A stretch of DNA of 64,000 nt from an uncultured Muribaculaceae bacterium (GCA_964513345.1 CAZELY010000001.1:8289-72288), one strand, 5' to 3'. Numbered from the stretch's first letter, positions 34,455-43,915 are shown. Translations and numbers: made by a program. The notes: generated from the sequence alone by a model not told the origin.

Positions 34455-36281
34455 ATGAGTCGAAGCAGTGACATGGCAAGCGAATTTGTTGAAAACTTTG
34501 ATTTAGAAACTGATTTTAGTGAAGTAGAACTTGCTACCGCGGGCGATAGAGAACATATCCCTGCAACGGCTAGAATGCAGGGTAGTAAAAGCACAAAGCA
34601 AAATGGGACTATAACAAGCGATTCTACTGAAGAAGCACAATATGAAGTTGATAGATTAATTGAAGAAGAAATTGCCAGAGGGCTAAAATTTAATGATTTT
34701 TTTAAAAAATATTTTGGGCATGATTACAACGAGAGAAGCTATGATCCTGAAACACAATCTCAAGTCGATACATTATTTGCTTCATTGCACGAGCAAATTG
34801 AAAAAGAAGGTACTATAACCGACACCACCGCTTTGGATCAATTGATCCAAATTGAAACAGAACATAAAGCAAATATGCGTGTAGCAAATGTGTTTAACTT
34901 ATTTGAAACCTTGGAACAAAGGCCTTTAACCACTGAAGAGTTTAATAAATTGATGACATTAGCTAGCGAAATGAATCGTGATGTCCTTATTGAAAATACA
35001 ATCAACATGGGGCGTGAAATACATCGTTCAAATATCATTAAATTAGAAAAAATGAAAGAAGGCAAAGTTTTTGCCATATTCAAACCAGTTGTAACTAAAT
35101 TAACTAAAGTATTTGGATTAAAAAAAGACAATGTTGGTGATGATTTAGAGAAGGTTATTGAAACGATTGATGAGCAGGCAGAAACAAAAACTGGTCAAGG
35201 ATTATCAAAACTTACAGACGCTAAAATGATGTTGCTAGATAGTATAGCAGACAGTAATTTTGATGCTATTGCTGAAACGATTGATAATGAATCATTTGCT
35301 GAACGTGCTAATATAATGGTAGCCGACTTTGAAAAGTGGCAGGAGGCAGAGGCAACCAATTTTGCTAACATTCATCTATATGGATGCTATAACATAGAAG
35401 ACTTACAAGAATGCGAAAATGCTTGGTCACAATTTTTTAGTTCTTTTGTTGAAAGAGTGGTTTTGCAGCAAACAATGCATCTAAAAAACGCTAGTTTGCA
35501 AGCCAAAGAATATTTAAAAGAAGTACGTGAAGATGGGGCAATGGTATGTGAAATCGATGGTCAAACAATAGTAATTACAAAGGATAATTTTGTTGACGAC
35601 ATGGCTGTTTTCTATCAGGCAGCAAACGGATTTGAGGTTGATTTATCACAATTAAGTCCGGCTGCAGAATCTGAATCAACGATTGAAATGCCGGAAGTTG
35701 TAGAGACTCCAGAAGTAGAAACAACTGAAACTGCCGAAGTAGTAGAAGAGCCAAAAGAAGAAGAGGTAGAGGAAACTACTGAAGAAAAAACAGAAGAAAC
35801 AAGTGAAGAACCTCAAAATACTGAAGAAGTAGTTGAAACAAAGATTGAGGAAGAACAAGCACGTGAAAATCTCAAAAATCTTCCAGAAATTGACATAAAT
35901 GAATATGTTGATAATACTGAAGAAGAAATAAAACCAGAAGTTGTTTACGAAGAATCAGCGGACATGGGATATGATCCAATCAAATCTGATCGTGATGCTT
36001 ATCTTGCAGTTGTGTCATTATTTATGTCACGTGAAGAAGCGGAGGAATATGCAAATATTCAGGAAAACATAGATGCCTTTAATAATTCAGACCTTGGATA
36101 TACAAAGTTCCTTGAGGCTAAGGAAAAAGGCGAGATTAGTGAAGATACTCTTTACTATGACTTTGGTATTGCGCAACTTGAAAAAAGAAACGCAATGGAA
36201 GAATCGTCAACAAGTCTTGAAGATGAGCTAGATGCAGTCGATATGACTTTAGACGAACCAGAAACATCGAAAACAAAATAA
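34455..36281 (+). CDS. Very acidic 608-aa protein without signal peptide, unknown function
   Basis: ATG 34455 follows AGAGGTGA. Asp/Glu-rich throughout, with an E/T/V/P-rich low-complexity stretch (EVVETPEVETTETAEVVEEPKEEEVEETTEEKTEETSEEP). No TM helix or known motif recognised. Confidence 0.6.
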   Translation: MSRSSDMASEFVENFDLETDFSEVELATAGDREHIPATARMQGSKSTKQNGTITSDSTEEAQYEVDRLIEEEIARGLKFNDFFKKYFGHDYNERSYDPETQSQVDTLFASLHEQIEKEGTITDTTALDQLIQIETEHKANMRVANVFNLFETLEQRPLTTEEFNKLMTLASEMNRDVLIENTINMGREIHRSNIIKLEKMKEGKVFAIFKPVVTKLTKVFGLKKDNVGDDLEKVIETIDEQAETKTGQGLSKLTDAKMMLLDSIADSNFDAIAETIDNESFAERANIMVADFEKWQEAEATNFANIHLYGCYNIEDLQECENAWSQFFSSFVERVVLQQTMHLKNASLQAKEYLKEVREDGAMVCEIDGQTIVITKDNFVDDMAVFYQAANGFEVDLSQLSPAAESESTIEMPEVVETPEVETTETAEVVEEPKEEEVEETTEEKTEETSEEPQNTEEVVETKIEEEQARENLKNLPEIDINEYVDNTEEEIKPEVVYEESADMGYDPIKSDRDAYLAVVSLFMSREEAEEYANIQENIDAFNNSDLGYTKFLEAKEKGEISEDTLYYDFGIAQLEKRNAMEESSTSLEDELDAVDMTLDEPETSKTK

Positions 36282-36285
36282 AAAT

Positions 36286-36309
36286 GTCAAGTAACACTTG
36301 GCTTTTTTT
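36286..36309 (+). terminator. Rho-independent terminator
   Basis: GTCAAGT-AAC-ACTTGGC followed by T7. Confidence 0.7.
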
Positions 36310-36374
36310 ATGGATTTCGTTGACTTTTATAGTAAAAACCCCTATAATTTTAATAGGTATAAGGAGGGATTTAC

Positions 36375-37646
36375 ATGATTCAAAAACCTAAAGGAACTTA
36401 TGATATATATGGTGACAAAGCTTTAAAATTTTTATATTTAGAAAAACTAGCAAATGTATTAATGGGAAAATACAATTATCAATATTTTCAAACACCAATT
36501 TTTGAAGCCAGCGAACTATTTCATCGTGGAGTAGGAGAAACTACAGATATAGTGAGCAAAGAAACATATGATTTTATTGATCGAGGTAATCGAAATCTTA
36601 CTTTAAGGCCGGAAGGTACGGCTGGTATTGTAAGATGTTTTATCGAAAACAAATTATATGCTGATGCTAATCCATTAAAAGCATGGTACTTTGGACCAAT
36701 GTATAGATATGAAAGACCACAATCAGGCCGTAATCGTGAATTTACGCAATTTGGTGTTGAAGCTTTTGGTAGCGATGATCCGATGATTGATGCTGAAATA
36801 ATAAGCATTGCCGTTAATTATTTTAAGTTATTGGGGTTAAAAGGTATTAAAGTAAATATTAATACTTTAGGTGATAATGAATCAAGGACATATTATCGAG
36901 AAGCCTTAGTAGAATATTTTAAACCATATTTAAATGATCTATGTGAAGATTGCCAAAATAGATATAAAGTAAATCCACTTCGTATATTAGATTGTAAAGT
37001 AGACGCCGACAGCAAAATAATGCAAGAAGCACCAAAAATTAACGACTATTTAAATGAGACCAGCAAGAATCATTATGAACAAGTTAAACAATATTTAAGT
37101 TCAATGGGAATAGAATATGTTGAAAATGATCAACTAGTTAGAGGTTTAGATTATTACACCCACACTGTTTTTGAAATTGAAGCAGATATTGAAGGCTTTG
37201 GCAGTCAAAACGTTATTGGTGCCGGAGGAAGATATAATAATTTAGTTGAAAATTTGGGTGGTCCTAAAACACCAGGTATTGGTTTTGCGATTGGTATCGA
37301 TAGACTAATACTTGCTTTAGATGCGGAAAACATAAATATTTTTGAAAAACCAATATTAGATATTTATGCTTTTGCCGTGGCGGAAGAACAACGACCATAT
37401 ATGATGAGTTTAGTTGATAATTTAAGAATGAATGGCTTTAATGTTGATTCAGATTTAATTGGAAGAAATATTAAAAATAATTTTAAACATGCTGATAAGC
37501 TTGAAGCTAAGTTTGTTATAATTATTGGTGAAGAGGAAGTTAAAACTAATGTTTTAACAATTAAAAATAATGTATCAAAGGAAGAATACAAAGTTGAAAT
37601 TGAAAATTTAATTGAATTTTTAGATTTAAAATTAAGTGAGGAATAA
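36375..37646 (+). CDS. hisS: Histidine--tRNA ligase
   Basis: Class II aaRS motifs (LRPEGTA, YRYERPQSGRNREFTQ, GGRYNNL). 423 aa. Confidence 0.95.
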   Translation: MIQKPKGTYDIYGDKALKFLYLEKLANVLMGKYNYQYFQTPIFEASELFHRGVGETTDIVSKETYDFIDRGNRNLTLRPEGTAGIVRCFIENKLYADANPLKAWYFGPMYRYERPQSGRNREFTQFGVEAFGSDDPMIDAEIISIAVNYFKLLGLKGIKVNINTLGDNESRTYYREALVEYFKPYLNDLCEDCQNRYKVNPLRILDCKVDADSKIMQEAPKINDYLNETSKNHYEQVKQYLSSMGIEYVENDQLVRGLDYYTHTVFEIEADIEGFGSQNVIGAGGRYNNLVENLGGPKTPGIGFAIGIDRLILALDAENINIFEKPILDIYAFAVAEEQRPYMMSLVDNLRMNGFNVDSDLIGRNIKNNFKHADKLEAKFVIIIGEEEVKTNVLTIKNNVSKEEYKVEIENLIEFLDLKLSEE

Positions 37647-37647
37647 T

Positions 37648-39375
37648 ATGAAAATAAATTGTACAAGTATTGATAAAAAACAGATAAATAATATAGTAAC
37701 TTTGTATGGTTGGGTTGCAAGAAAACGTGATTTAGGTAATTTGATTTTTATCGATTTAAGGGACCGCAGCGGCATTATTCAGCTTACTATAAATCAAGAC
37801 AGTAAGGCATATAAAATTGCCGAAAAATTGAAAATTGAATCCGTTATTAAAGCCATTGGTAAAGTAAATGAAAGAAAAGAAGCCAACCCAAATTTAATAA
37901 CTGGTGAAATTGAAATTGAAACTACAGATATTGAACTTTTAAATGAATGTAGTGATTTACCATTTGATTTGAATAATACAACCGCTTTAGAAGACACAAG
38001 ACTTAAATATCGTTATTTAGACCTAAGAAAAGAAAATTTAAAAAACAATCTTATTACTAAACATAAAATTATGCAAAGTGTAAGAAATTATTTAAATAGT
38101 GAAGAGTTTATCGAATTAGAAACACCTATTTTATGTAAGTCAACACCAGAAGGGGCTAGAGATTATTTGGTTCCATCGAGAGTAAACAAAGGTTGTTTTT
38201 ATGCACTCCCACAATCACCGCAAATATTTAAGCAGCTATTAATGGTATCGGGATTTGAAAAGTATTACCAAATTGCTAGATGCTTTAGAGATGAAGATTT
38301 AAGAGCTGATCGTCAACCAGAATTTACGCAAATCGATATGGAAATGAGTTTTGTTACTGAAGACGATGTTATGAATATTACGGAAGGCATGCTTGCCAAA
38401 GTATTCAAAGAAGTTAAAAACACTGATATTAAATTACCAATTGAAAGAATGACATATGAAAAGGCCATTGATTTATATGGCTCTGATAAACCAGATACAA
38501 GATTCGATATGACGATTGAAAACATCACAGAAATTTTTAAAAATACAGAATTTAGTGTATTTAAAAATGTCATTGAAAACAATGGCATAATTAATTGTTT
38601 AGTTGTTAAAAATAAGTCTGATCAATTTTCTCGAAAAGACATTGATAAATTAACAGAATTTGTAAAAACTTATAAAGCTAACGCCCTAGCTTACTTAAAA
38701 TATGAAAATGAATTTACCGGTAGCATTGCCAAATTTATTGATAAGGAAACTGCAAAAGAATTAATTGAAAAATTAAATCTTGAAAACAAGGACTTGATAT
38801 TAATTATTGCTGGTGACAAAAAAATTGTAAAAAATTCATTAGGATTTTTAAGATTAAAATTAGGCAAAGATTTAGACTTAATTGATAAAAATAAATATAA
38901 TTTCTTATGGGTCACTGATTTTCCGATGTTCGAATTTAGTGAAGAAGAGGGTAGATACATTGCCTGCCATCATCCTTTTACAGCGCCACAAAATATTGAA
39001 AAATTAACGGATAAAGAAAATGCCCTTGCCAAAGCTTATGACATAGTTTTAAATGGCTATGAAATTGGTGGCGGAAGTATTAGAATACATGATCCTAAAG
39101 TACAAGAAAAAGTTTTAGAAGAATTGGGATTTAGTCAGAAACAAGCCAATGAGCAATTTGGGTTTTTATTAGAAGCTTTAACATTAGGAGCTCCACCGCA
39201 TGGTGGTCTAGCTTTAGGACTTGAACGACTTACCATGATACTATGTGGTACTGAAAACATAAGAGAAGTTATTGCCTTTCCAAAAACAGCTAGTGCTTCT
39301 TGTTTAATGAGCGAAGCACCAAATAAAGTAAGTCAAAAACAACTCGATGAATTACATTTATCTTTAAAGGAATAA
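37648..39375 (+). CDS. aspS: Aspartate--tRNA ligase
   Basis: OB-fold N-terminus (GWVARKRDLGNLIFIDLRDRSG). FRDEDLRADRQPEFTQIDME, GGGSIRIH and GLALGLERL motifs. ATG 37648 follows GAGGAA. Confidence 0.95.
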   Translation: MKINCTSIDKKQINNIVTLYGWVARKRDLGNLIFIDLRDRSGIIQLTINQDSKAYKIAEKLKIESVIKAIGKVNERKEANPNLITGEIEIETTDIELLNECSDLPFDLNNTTALEDTRLKYRYLDLRKENLKNNLITKHKIMQSVRNYLNSEEFIELETPILCKSTPEGARDYLVPSRVNKGCFYALPQSPQIFKQLLMVSGFEKYYQIARCFRDEDLRADRQPEFTQIDMEMSFVTEDDVMNITEGMLAKVFKEVKNTDIKLPIERMTYEKAIDLYGSDKPDTRFDMTIENITEIFKNTEFSVFKNVIENNGIINCLVVKNKSDQFSRKDIDKLTEFVKTYKANALAYLKYENEFTGSIAKFIDKETAKELIEKLNLENKDLILIIAGDKKIVKNSLGFLRLKLGKDLDLIDKNKYNFLWVTDFPMFEFSEEEGRYIACHHPFTAPQNIEKLTDKENALAKAYDIVLNGYEIGGGSIRIHDPKVQEKVLEELGFSQKQANEQFGFLLEALTLGAPPHGGLALGLERLTMILCGTENIREVIAFPKTASASCLMSEAPNKVSQKQLDELHLSLKE

Positions 39376-39424
39376 CATGAAAAATATGTAAAATTTTAGA
39401 TTTTTGTTCTAAAAATTTCAAAAT

Positions 39425-39435
39425 TGTGATATAAT
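39425..39435 (+). promoter_or_regulatory. Extended -10 promoter (TGTGATATAAT) of the small RNA
   Basis: TGn-TATAAT ends 6 nt before the proposed 5' end. Confidence 0.5.
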
Positions 39436-39440
39436 AATAA

Positions 39441-39608
39441 TGTCTAGAAGGTACGGACAATTATACAAAAACCTACAGATTAACGATTGGGAATCTAATT
39501 TATAAATGGTGTTGAAGACTTATTTAATAAGGATCCTAAAATTTATAATGTGATGCCCACCTAGGAATAGGGTTTTCATCGTTAAAAGTCCGCTTCTGGA
39601 CATTTTTT
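39441..39608 (+). ncRNA. ssrS: Candidate 6S RNA (SsrS/BsrA-like), ~165 nt stand-alone transcript
   Basis: Own promoter and a 3' hairpin plus T7, with no plausible ORF. The 5' end TGTCTAGAAG..CGGAC (39441-39458) pairs with the 3' end GTCCG-CTTCTGGACA (39588-39602). Further pairing of TTAACGAT (39480-39487) with ATCGTTAA (39578-39585) gives a rod-like fold. Position immediately downstream of aspS matches B. subtilis 6S-1 (bsrA). Confidence 0.5.
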
Positions 39609-39619
39609 TGTTAAAAAAA

Positions 39620-40585
39620 TTAGCTATTTTTAGCTAATTCTTTTATTTTATCAACATTTTTAAAATTACATTTAGCGATTTCTTTTAAGATATCTTCGCC
39701 ATATTTTTTTATTAACTCAGTTCCAACTTCATCTACTTTTTCACCAGCGCCTTTAGGTAGAGCGGTTTCATATTTTAAACCTAGTTTTTCCATTTCTTTA
39801 ATAAATACAAAGCGACTTATTAATGATCCACAAGCAACGGATAAACATTGATCTTCGGCTTTTGTAATAAAAGTGATGTTTTTTTGAATACGCGCTGCAT
39901 TTTCAATATATTTAAAATATGTCTTTGGTGAAGTAAACTGATCAACAACAATATAATCATAATTTGGATGTTTTGAAGCTAAGTCTACTAAAACTTTATT
40001 GTGTAGTAAGGCTTTAATAGCGTTCATATTTAAATTTTCATTATATTTTTCATTGTATTCTTTATTTGAAAGTGTCATACAAGAATAGGGAATTTTTTTA
40101 ATAATTTGTGGAACAACTTTTAAAATTGCTTCGTCAGTCATTTTTTTAGAATCTTTGACACCAAGTGATTCTAAAAAACTAATATCATCTTTGGTAACGT
40201 ATGCTGCAGCAACGACAATCGGACCAAAAAAATCTCCTGTACCAACTTCATCAGAACCAATAGTAACAGCATTATAGTATTTCATTGTTTTAATTTGTTC
40301 TTTTTCTTTTTTCTTATTATCAGAAGACTTAAAATCAACTTTTTTGTCAGGATTTAAGTTTTTTTCATATTGTATCCACAAATTGGCATCAATATCGGCA
40401 CTTATGCCTTGAAATACCGCTTTTCCTGATTGATAAAGGGTAACAACTGTATCAGCCTCATCGGCTTGAAAAACCGCATATGGTGGCGTTTTAAGGCGCT
40501 TTTTATCTTCAAAGTACTCAGTCATTTTTTCCATTGTGTTTTCACTTACTTTAACAGTATATGTTTTAGTTTGGTTTGTTTTCAT
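39620..40585 (-). CDS. rnhC: Ribonuclease HIII
   Basis: N-terminal TBP-like domain (YAVFQADEADTVVTLYQSGKAVFQG). Catalytic GSDEVGTGDFFGPIVVAAAYV. 321 aa. Confidence 0.9.
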   Translation of the reverse strand: MKTNQTKTYTVKVSENTMEKMTEYFEDKKRLKTPPYAVFQADEADTVVTLYQSGKAVFQGISADIDANLWIQYEKNLNPDKKVDFKSSDNKKKEKEQIKTMKYYNAVTIGSDEVGTGDFFGPIVVAAAYVTKDDISFLESLGVKDSKKMTDEAILKVVPQIIKKIPYSCMTLSNKEYNEKYNENLNMNAIKALLHNKVLVDLASKHPNYDYIVVDQFTSPKTYFKYIENAARIQKNITFITKAEDQCLSVACGSLISRFVFIKEMEKLGLKYETALPKGAGEKVDEVGTELIKKYGEDILKEIAKCNFKNVDKIKELAKNS

Positions 40586-40689
40586 ATAATCACCATTTAC
40601 ATTTTAGCATATTTCCATTAATATTACTATAATATTGACATCTATTTTCACTTTTGATAAGATTTATATAGATAATATAGGAGGCTAAT

Positions 40690-41409
40690 ATGTGTATACT
40701 TGATATATGTATAATTTTATTCATAATAATGGGTGGAATCGTTGGATTTAAAGAAGGTTTTACTAAAACTTTAGTTAATTGTATCGGTTATATTTTAATT
40801 ATAATTCTAGCCTTTATTTTAAAAAATCCAATTAGTGAATTTTTAATGTTACATTTACCATTTTTCAATTTGTGTGGGCCAAATGAGGGTCTATCTGTAA
40901 TTAACATTATTTTCTATGAATCAGTAGCATTTGCTTTAGTTTTTAGTATTTTACTAGCAATTTTAAAGTTACTTTTATTTGCCACATCAGTATTTGAAAA
41001 AATATTGTCTTTGACAATTGTCTTAGGTATTCCTTCAAAAATACTTGGGGCCATTGCAGGAATAATTAAAAATTATGTTATAGTTTTTGCCTTACTTTTC
41101 ATATTTTCAATTCCAGGATTAAATGGAACCCAATTTATTGAAGGTTCAAAATTGAAAAATCCAATGTTAGAACACACACCAATTCTTTCAATGTTTACAG
41201 AAAAACCAATGCAGTTATTTAATGACTTAAGTGATTTACAAGAAGAATACAAAAATAAAACAAGCAACGCAAAGTTTAATTATAAAGCAATTGAACTATT
41301 TTTGAAATATGATATAATAAAACCCGATTTAGTTCAAAAATTAGTTGATCAAGACAAACTTAACATTAAGAATGCTGATAAATTAATTGAAAAATATCAA
41401 GAAAATTAA
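40690..41409 (+). CDS. cvpA: CvpA-family membrane protein
   Basis: N-terminal ILDICIILFIIMGGIVGFKEGF is typical of CvpA. Four TM helices. Lies next to rnhC, as in Bacillus (yshB). Confidence 0.75.
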   Translation: MCILDICIILFIIMGGIVGFKEGFTKTLVNCIGYILIIILAFILKNPISEFLMLHLPFFNLCGPNEGLSVINIIFYESVAFALVFSILLAILKLLLFATSVFEKILSLTIVLGIPSKILGAIAGIIKNYVIVFALLFIFSIPGLNGTQFIEGSKLKNPMLEHTPILSMFTEKPMQLFNDLSDLQEEYKNKTSNAKFNYKAIELFLKYDIIKPDLVQKLVDQDKLNIKNADKLIEKYQEN

Positions 41410-41428
41410 ATGAAAAGAGGTGATTGGC

Positions 41429-42517
41429 ATGTTTCATAGAATTGATCCAAAAACAGGGAAGCCGATTTTAAACGAGAGCGGCATAAAAAAGGTAAGTGTT
41501 CAAATACCAAATGTCGTACCAATTGAAAAACCAATCGAGCAATCAAATAGTGTAGAACAACCGGAACCTAATGTCATAGCTGAAGATGAAATTATTGAAC
41601 CAATAAAAACGGTTGAAGAGGAAAAGAAACAAAAAACAGAACCGGCAAAACCTTTGAAAACGCAATCATTTGCAGGCATGAAAAAACTAAATTTTGCCAA
41701 GAAAAAATTACAACGTGAAAATAGATTTAAAAAAGCATTGATTGCTTTAAGAATTGTTCTGGCGATGGCGGTAACAGCTGCAGGCGCTGCCGTTGGTATT
41801 AATGCTTACATCAATCATTCGTTTTCTTCAACACCTTCGATTACTCATGTTATTGATAAACAGATTGATGATGTTGAAGAATATATTGATGCAAAAGATA
41901 TTGAATTTAAATCAGATATTCCGATGGGTGAATGTGAAGTTGAGTTTTCTGGTGATATTGTCGGATATATTTATGATGACAATGGCGTTTTTGCGCAAGC
42001 GTATCCGATCGCCCAAGGTTCATCAGAAAATCCTAATTTCTATTTAGATCATGGCGTTGATGGCGAATGGAATCCGATTGGCGTGCCTTATATTGATGCC
42101 AATTGTAATCTCGATCATGAGGGTGATTTTACAATAATATACGGACATCATTGTTATGGCAACCAAGTTTTTGGTGGTTTAACTGATGCTGGTGACACAC
42201 CATATTACATCGAAGATCAATATGGCGTTTGGAAACTAACTCCATGTGCCTCTGGCGTTTATAATGGCAAGGAAATGCTTACGAACCTATTATATGGTGA
42301 TGAGCAAGAAGCCCTTGATTATATTAAGGCAGGGTCAACGCTTGAAACTGACAATCAATTTGATCCTAGTCATCGTAAGGTTGTTTTGATGACTTGTCAA
42401 TATTCTGATGTTGCCCCAGGTGAAGAGAGACATTTTACCGTTTTAGACGAGGAAGAAGTGCTTATGTATAAACCGACACCATCTCAATTGCAGGCACAAC
42501 AAGGAAGAACTATGTAA
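41429..42517 (+). CDS. Sortase (class B-like) with ~100-aa cytoplasmic N-terminal extension
   Basis: ATG 41429 follows AAGAGGTGA. TM helix ALIALRIVLAMAVTAAGAAVGINAYI. NPNFYLDH, TIIYGHH (His), VVLMTCQY (TLxTC-like catalytic Cys) and ERHFTV (Arg) motifs. Confidence 0.75.
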   Translation: MFHRIDPKTGKPILNESGIKKVSVQIPNVVPIEKPIEQSNSVEQPEPNVIAEDEIIEPIKTVEEEKKQKTEPAKPLKTQSFAGMKKLNFAKKKLQRENRFKKALIALRIVLAMAVTAAGAAVGINAYINHSFSSTPSITHVIDKQIDDVEEYIDAKDIEFKSDIPMGECEVEFSGDIVGYIYDDNGVFAQAYPIAQGSSENPNFYLDHGVDGEWNPIGVPYIDANCNLDHEGDFTIIYGHHCYGNQVFGGLTDAGDTPYYIEDQYGVWKLTPCASGVYNGKEMLTNLLYGDEQEALDYIKAGSTLETDNQFDPSHRKVVLMTCQYSDVAPGEERHFTVLDEEEVLMYKPTPSQLQAQQGRTM

Positions 42518-42538
42518 AGAACATATTGTTCTTTTTTC
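42516..42538 (+). terminator. Rho-independent terminator
   Basis: AAAGAACA-TAT-TGTTCTTT followed by a T-run. Confidence 0.75.
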
Positions 42539-42584
42539 TTTTAAAAAAGATAAATATTTGTTATAATAATAAGCGGTGAGAAAA

Positions 42585-43043
42585 ATGAAAAAAATAAGTT
42601 TACTAGCTTTATGTTTTGCATTAATCGATCAAATAGTAAAGTATATTTTTACTCATGTTTTTTCATATGGCGATAGTATGGATATTATCGAAAATTTTCT
42701 TGCCATTACTTTACTTAAAAATAGGGGGGCGGCTTTTGGAATATTCAATTCCAATACGATATTTTTAGTTATCGTTTCTATTTTTGTTTTAGTTGCCATA
42801 TATTTCTTATTTATCAAAAACACTAGGTTAGATAAAATAGACATTGTTTTATATGGTATGTTAATTGGTGGAATTGTTGGAAATTTAATTGATAGAATTT
42901 ACTATGGATATGTAATTGATTTTATCGATGTTAATATTTTAAATTTTCCAGTTTTTAATTTTGCTGATTCATTTATTGTTATTTCAATAATACTGATATG
43001 TATTAAAATGATGAGGAGTGAAAAAAATGAACTTCGAAGTTAA
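42585..43043 (+). CDS. lspA: Lipoprotein signal peptidase (signal peptidase II)
   Basis: NRGAAFG, GGIVGNLIDR and FNFADS conserved LspA motifs. Confidence 0.9.
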   Translation: MKKISLLALCFALIDQIVKYIFTHVFSYGDSMDIIENFLAITLLKNRGAAFGIFNSNTIFLVIVSIFVLVAIYFLFIKNTRLDKIDIVLYGMLIGGIVGNLIDRIYYGYVIDFIDVNILNFPVFNFADSFIVISIILICIKMMRSEKNELRS

Positions 43044-43905
43044 TGTTGATAATATTAGATTAGATCACTATTTAGCTGGTGAGCTTGATGTCAGTAGAAG
43101 TAGTATCACTAAAATGATAAAAAAAGATGAAGTTTTAGTAAATGACAAATTAGTCAAAGCTGGCTATATGTTGAAAAATGGTGATATTATTACTGTTAAT
43201 CACATTGAAGAAGATACAAGTATTACCCCAGAAAAAATGGATTTAAATATTGTTTATGAAGATGATGATGTGATTGTTGTTAATAAAGAAAATGGCGTTG
43301 TCGTTCATCCCGCACCAGGGAATTATCATGGAACATTAGTAAATGGACTTTTATACCACTCTAATTTATCTGATAAAAATGGTGAATTTAGACCTGGTAT
43401 TGTCCATAGAATAGATGCTTATACAACCGGATTATTAATGATTGCCAAAAACAATAAGGCACATGAAATATTAGCTAAACAATTAGAAGAAAAGAAAACG
43501 TATCGTAAATATCAGGCACTTGTATGGGGAGTAATCAAAGAAGATACTGGCGTAATCGATGCTCCAATTGGTAGAAGCCAAAATGATCGCAAAAAAATGG
43601 CCGTTAATCCTAAAGGGAAAGAGGCAATTACACATTTTCGTGTTTTAAAACGATTTAAAGATGCAACGTTAGTTGAATTACAACTTGAAACAGGAAGAAC
43701 CCATCAAATAAGAGTCCACATGGATTATATAAATCATCCTGTTGTCAATGACCCTGTATATGGAAAACGAAAATTAATTGATGATTCTGGGCAATGCTTA
43801 CACGCTAAAGAACTTGGATTTGTTCATCCAACAACTAAAAAGTATATGCAGTTTGATAGCGAACTACCAGAAAAATTTTTAAAAATTATGAATCACTTCG
43901 AATAG
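43027..43905 (+). CDS. rluD: RluA-family 23S rRNA pseudouridine synthase (RluD-like)
   Basis: S4 domain N-terminus. HRIDAYTTGLL catalytic Asp motif. TGRTHQIRVH. Follows lspA, as in Bacillus. Confidence 0.9.
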   Translation: MNFEVNVDNIRLDHYLAGELDVSRSSITKMIKKDEVLVNDKLVKAGYMLKNGDIITVNHIEEDTSITPEKMDLNIVYEDDDVIVVNKENGVVVHPAPGNYHGTLVNGLLYHSNLSDKNGEFRPGIVHRIDAYTTGLLMIAKNNKAHEILAKQLEEKKTYRKYQALVWGVIKEDTGVIDAPIGRSQNDRKKMAVNPKGKEAITHFRVLKRFKDATLVELQLETGRTHQIRVHMDYINHPVVNDPVYGKRKLIDDSGQCLHAKELGFVHPTTKKYMQFDSELPEKFLKIMNHFE

Positions 43906-43915
43906 GAGGGAAGAC

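Noticed and set aside
29269-36374. Possibility that the dtd-hisS insert is a mobile genetic element or prophage remnant.
   Set aside because: No integrase, transposase, relaxase, phage genes, flanking direct or inverted repeats, or tRNA attachment site is visible. Only surface-protein genes are present, so it is reported as an accessory block, not a mobile element.
36282-36374. Expected T-box leader upstream of hisS, as in Bacillus.
   Set aside because: The intergenic region is only 93 nt. It is mostly occupied by the upstream gene's terminator and the RBS, leaving no room for a specifier loop or T-box sequence.
39506-39553. 15-codon ORF (MVLKTYLIRILKFIM) inside the candidate 6S RNA.
   Set aside because: There is no Shine-Dalgarno sequence upstream, and it lies within predicted helices. 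A non-coding interpretation is preferred.
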